NCBI GenBank assembly: GCA_964565195.1
Contig: CAZMCQ010000001.1
Location: 61,153 to 125,152, forward strand
Origin: an uncultured Candidatus Saccharibacteria bacterium
GTDB lineage: Bacteria; Patescibacteriota; Doudnabacteria; UBA920; 2-01-FULL-46-14
Direction: 5' to 3'
DNA: 64,000 nucleotides
In this document: one piece after another, positions 62,291 through 64,000 of the stretch
Layout of the letters: the number at the start of each line of letters is the position of its first letter
Numbering within the stretch: the first letter of the stretch is position 1
The notes under the pieces: generated by a model
The model's input: the letters and a program-made list of their open reading frames with translations, nothing else
Told to the model about the DNA's origin: nothing
Databases searched by the model: none
Position numbers and translations under genes: made by a program

Positions 62291-63274
62291 TTAGATAGGC
62301 ATGATCTCTTTCGGAGAAAATGTATGCAGCAATGGGTACCTTTCTCCGGGAGCGCTTTCCCATAATACGTAAGGGAATTTTAACTCAATATGGTCACGGT
62401 CGCCGAGGGCAAGAATCTCCTGATTGGCCCCATCGAGCAGGTGCCGCACATAGATTTTATCCTCGACAGATGGAACTTGGCGAAGAATTCTCATAAAGAA
62501 GTCCTTGATACCAGCGTGATTCCTGATTGCCCGAAAGAATTTATTGGCAGGGGTAGTTCGAACAGAACTTTCCAACTGCTCAATATCAACTGCTCCGAGT
62601 GCCTGGAAAATCTCGCTCCAGGTAACTGCCGGGTTGAACACTGTGGTATAGACCTGATCATTCTTCATGACGCGTGCCAATAAATCCAGGCATACCGCTG
62701 ACAGATATCGGATAGAGACGCAATTCGCTTCGTATTCCCCTGCTTTGGGCAGCGATAATTTTCTATCTTTTTTCTCAAGCCATTCCAAAAATTTGGCGCT
62801 GTTCGATTGATTATGTCCCAGGACGTGACCGAGACGCAAGATAATGGTTTTTTTGCCATATTGCTTGGCAAACCGTTTCACAAGTTTCTCTTGAGATAAC
62901 TTTTCATCGGCATACGCGCTGGTATGAAAAACAGCGATGCTGCTTAAATGCACAAACTTCGTCCGGGGGCCGAGATGAGAAATAATATTGCGCAAAATGG
63001 TGGCATGGCGCCTTTTGATTTCCGCCGGACGTCCGCGGACATATATGGCGTTTATGACCAGGTCAGCCTCGCGGAGCAAAGCCACCGGAAACTGGTTGTC
63101 TTCTATGGCAGCGTGGATGACAGGAATATGATGATACCTTAAATACAAAGAACCGGCGAAATTTCGGCAAACTCCCCGCACTTCCACTTCCGGGCGCTGT
63201 TTTTTTATCAGCACCAGTAATTCCGAAGCGACTTGTCCATTGGCTCCTAACATGAGGATGGTCTGCTTCTTCAT
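62291..63274 (-). CDS. NAD-dependent epimerase/reductase (extended SDR)
   Basis: Motifs LGANGQVA, HLSSIAVF, YADEK and LRLGHVLG. Confidence 0.75.
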   Translation of the reverse strand: MKKQTILMLGANGQVASELLVLIKKQRPEVEVRGVCRNFAGSLYLRYHHIPVIHAAIEDNQFPVALLREADLVINAIYVRGRPAEIKRRHATILRNIISHLGPRTKFVHLSSIAVFHTSAYADEKLSQEKLVKRFAKQYGKKTIILRLGHVLGHNQSNSAKFLEWLEKKDRKLSLPKAGEYEANCVSIRYLSAVCLDLLARVMKNDQVYTTVFNPAVTWSEIFQALGAVDIEQLESSVRTTPANKFFRAIRNHAGIKDFFMRILRQVPSVEDKIYVRHLLDGANQEILALGDRDHIELKFPYVLWESAPGERYPLLHTFSPKEIMPI

Positions 63275-64000
63275 GATATGAACTCTTTGGTGGTTTGGCG
63301 CTGTAATGATTCTATCATCAATCCGGACAAAAACGATTGCGAAAGCAGATTCGGCGAAGGCACGCCGCTCATGATGTGATTAATGGCCGACAGCCATTCA
63401 AGATAAAAGGCCTGGTAGCTGCTGACCGCATACGCGGGCAACGGCCGTATCTGATGCTTATGGGTGAAATCGCGTCCGGAAATAAAAACCGTATCCTGCG
63501 GTGCGACCCCGGTTTCCAACTGCAGATCACCGAAATTCAAAAATATTCCAGAAGACAGATTTTCCAGCCGGCTGAAGGTTGCGCTTATGGGGATTGCCAA
63601 CCCGCTACTTTTTAGCAATAGCTTGGCATCAACATGAACATCCGCGGTATCATCATAGACCGTGGCGGCTGCCAGAACAGCGCAATCAAATTGAGGAAGC
63701 AGGTAATTAACTTGATCGAGTAAATGACAAGCCGTTTCGGCCAGAATCCCTCCAGACCGTTTTAGTCCAGTGGCCGTAGTTTTGAAACCCTCGGCGATAC
63801 GAATATTTTTAATCCTCTCCACGCCGAAGTTCTCAATAAACTGCTTTAAAATATTGGTATTGGAGTAGTGCCGCCGCATAAAACCGGAAAATATCCTGCG
63901 GAATAAATTGTATTCCTGGAAAAATCGCAGGTCCTGTTGGGATAAAATTACCGGCTTCTCAATAAACAGAAATTGTTGGTCATGTAATCGTTTCGCCAAC
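63271..64000 (-). CDS. Gfo/Idh/MocA-like oxidoreductase, 5' end outside the window
   Basis: Motifs IEKP, GFMRR and GGILAETACHLLD. Confidence 0.7.
   Translation of the reverse strand, partial: LAKRLHDQQFLFIEKPVILSQQDLRFFQEYNLFRRIFSGFMRRHYSNTNILKQFIENFGVERIKNIRIAEGFKTTATGLKRSGGILAETACHLLDQVNYLLPQFDCAVLAAATVYDDTADVHVDAKLLLKSSGLAIPISATFSRLENLSSGIFLNFGDLQLETGVAPQDTVFISGRDFTHKHQIRPLPAYAVSSYQAFYLEWLSAINHIMSGVPSPNLLSQSFLSGLMIESLQRQTTKEFIS

Overview
The window is a gene-dense bacterial chromosome segment using code 11 (TGA is a stop; tRNA-Trp has anticodon CCA). The gene content suggests a Patescibacteria/CPR-type genome; this is inference. Housekeeping blocks: a short dcw cluster (mraZ-rsmH-ftsL-ftsI-murF) with MraZ boxes, lexA/dinB, rplJ-rplL with an L10 leader, mltG, pcm, HU, rpmG and three tRNAs (Glu, Trp, Thr). 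Other blocks: a two-component cluster, a cohesin/dockerin surface-protein cluster and a polysaccharide locus. The most striking region is a ~15.6 kb metal/thiol-redox island (about 8.0-23.6 kb). It has two ArsR operons with related operators and a Crp/Fnr regulator with a C-terminal CxxC. Three TGTGA-N6-TCACA-type sites lie at -41.5/-42.5 of TATAAT boxes. It also carries several unannotated Cys/His micro-ORFs with strong Shine-Dalgarno sites: MCPFCR (6 aa), MSGDHKDGCGC (11 aa, with its own promoter and terminator), a 44-aa His/Cys peptide and a 38-aa CxxC/His peptide. merA and dsbA remnants with internal deletions are also present. A second theme is a family of short tandem-repeat palindromes. 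One encloses a four-helix-bundle gene whose start and stop codons lie inside the inverted arms; others are empty or lie in-frame inside rsmH, dinB, rplJ and a glycosyltransferase. All calls come from reading the sequence; no database searches were run.
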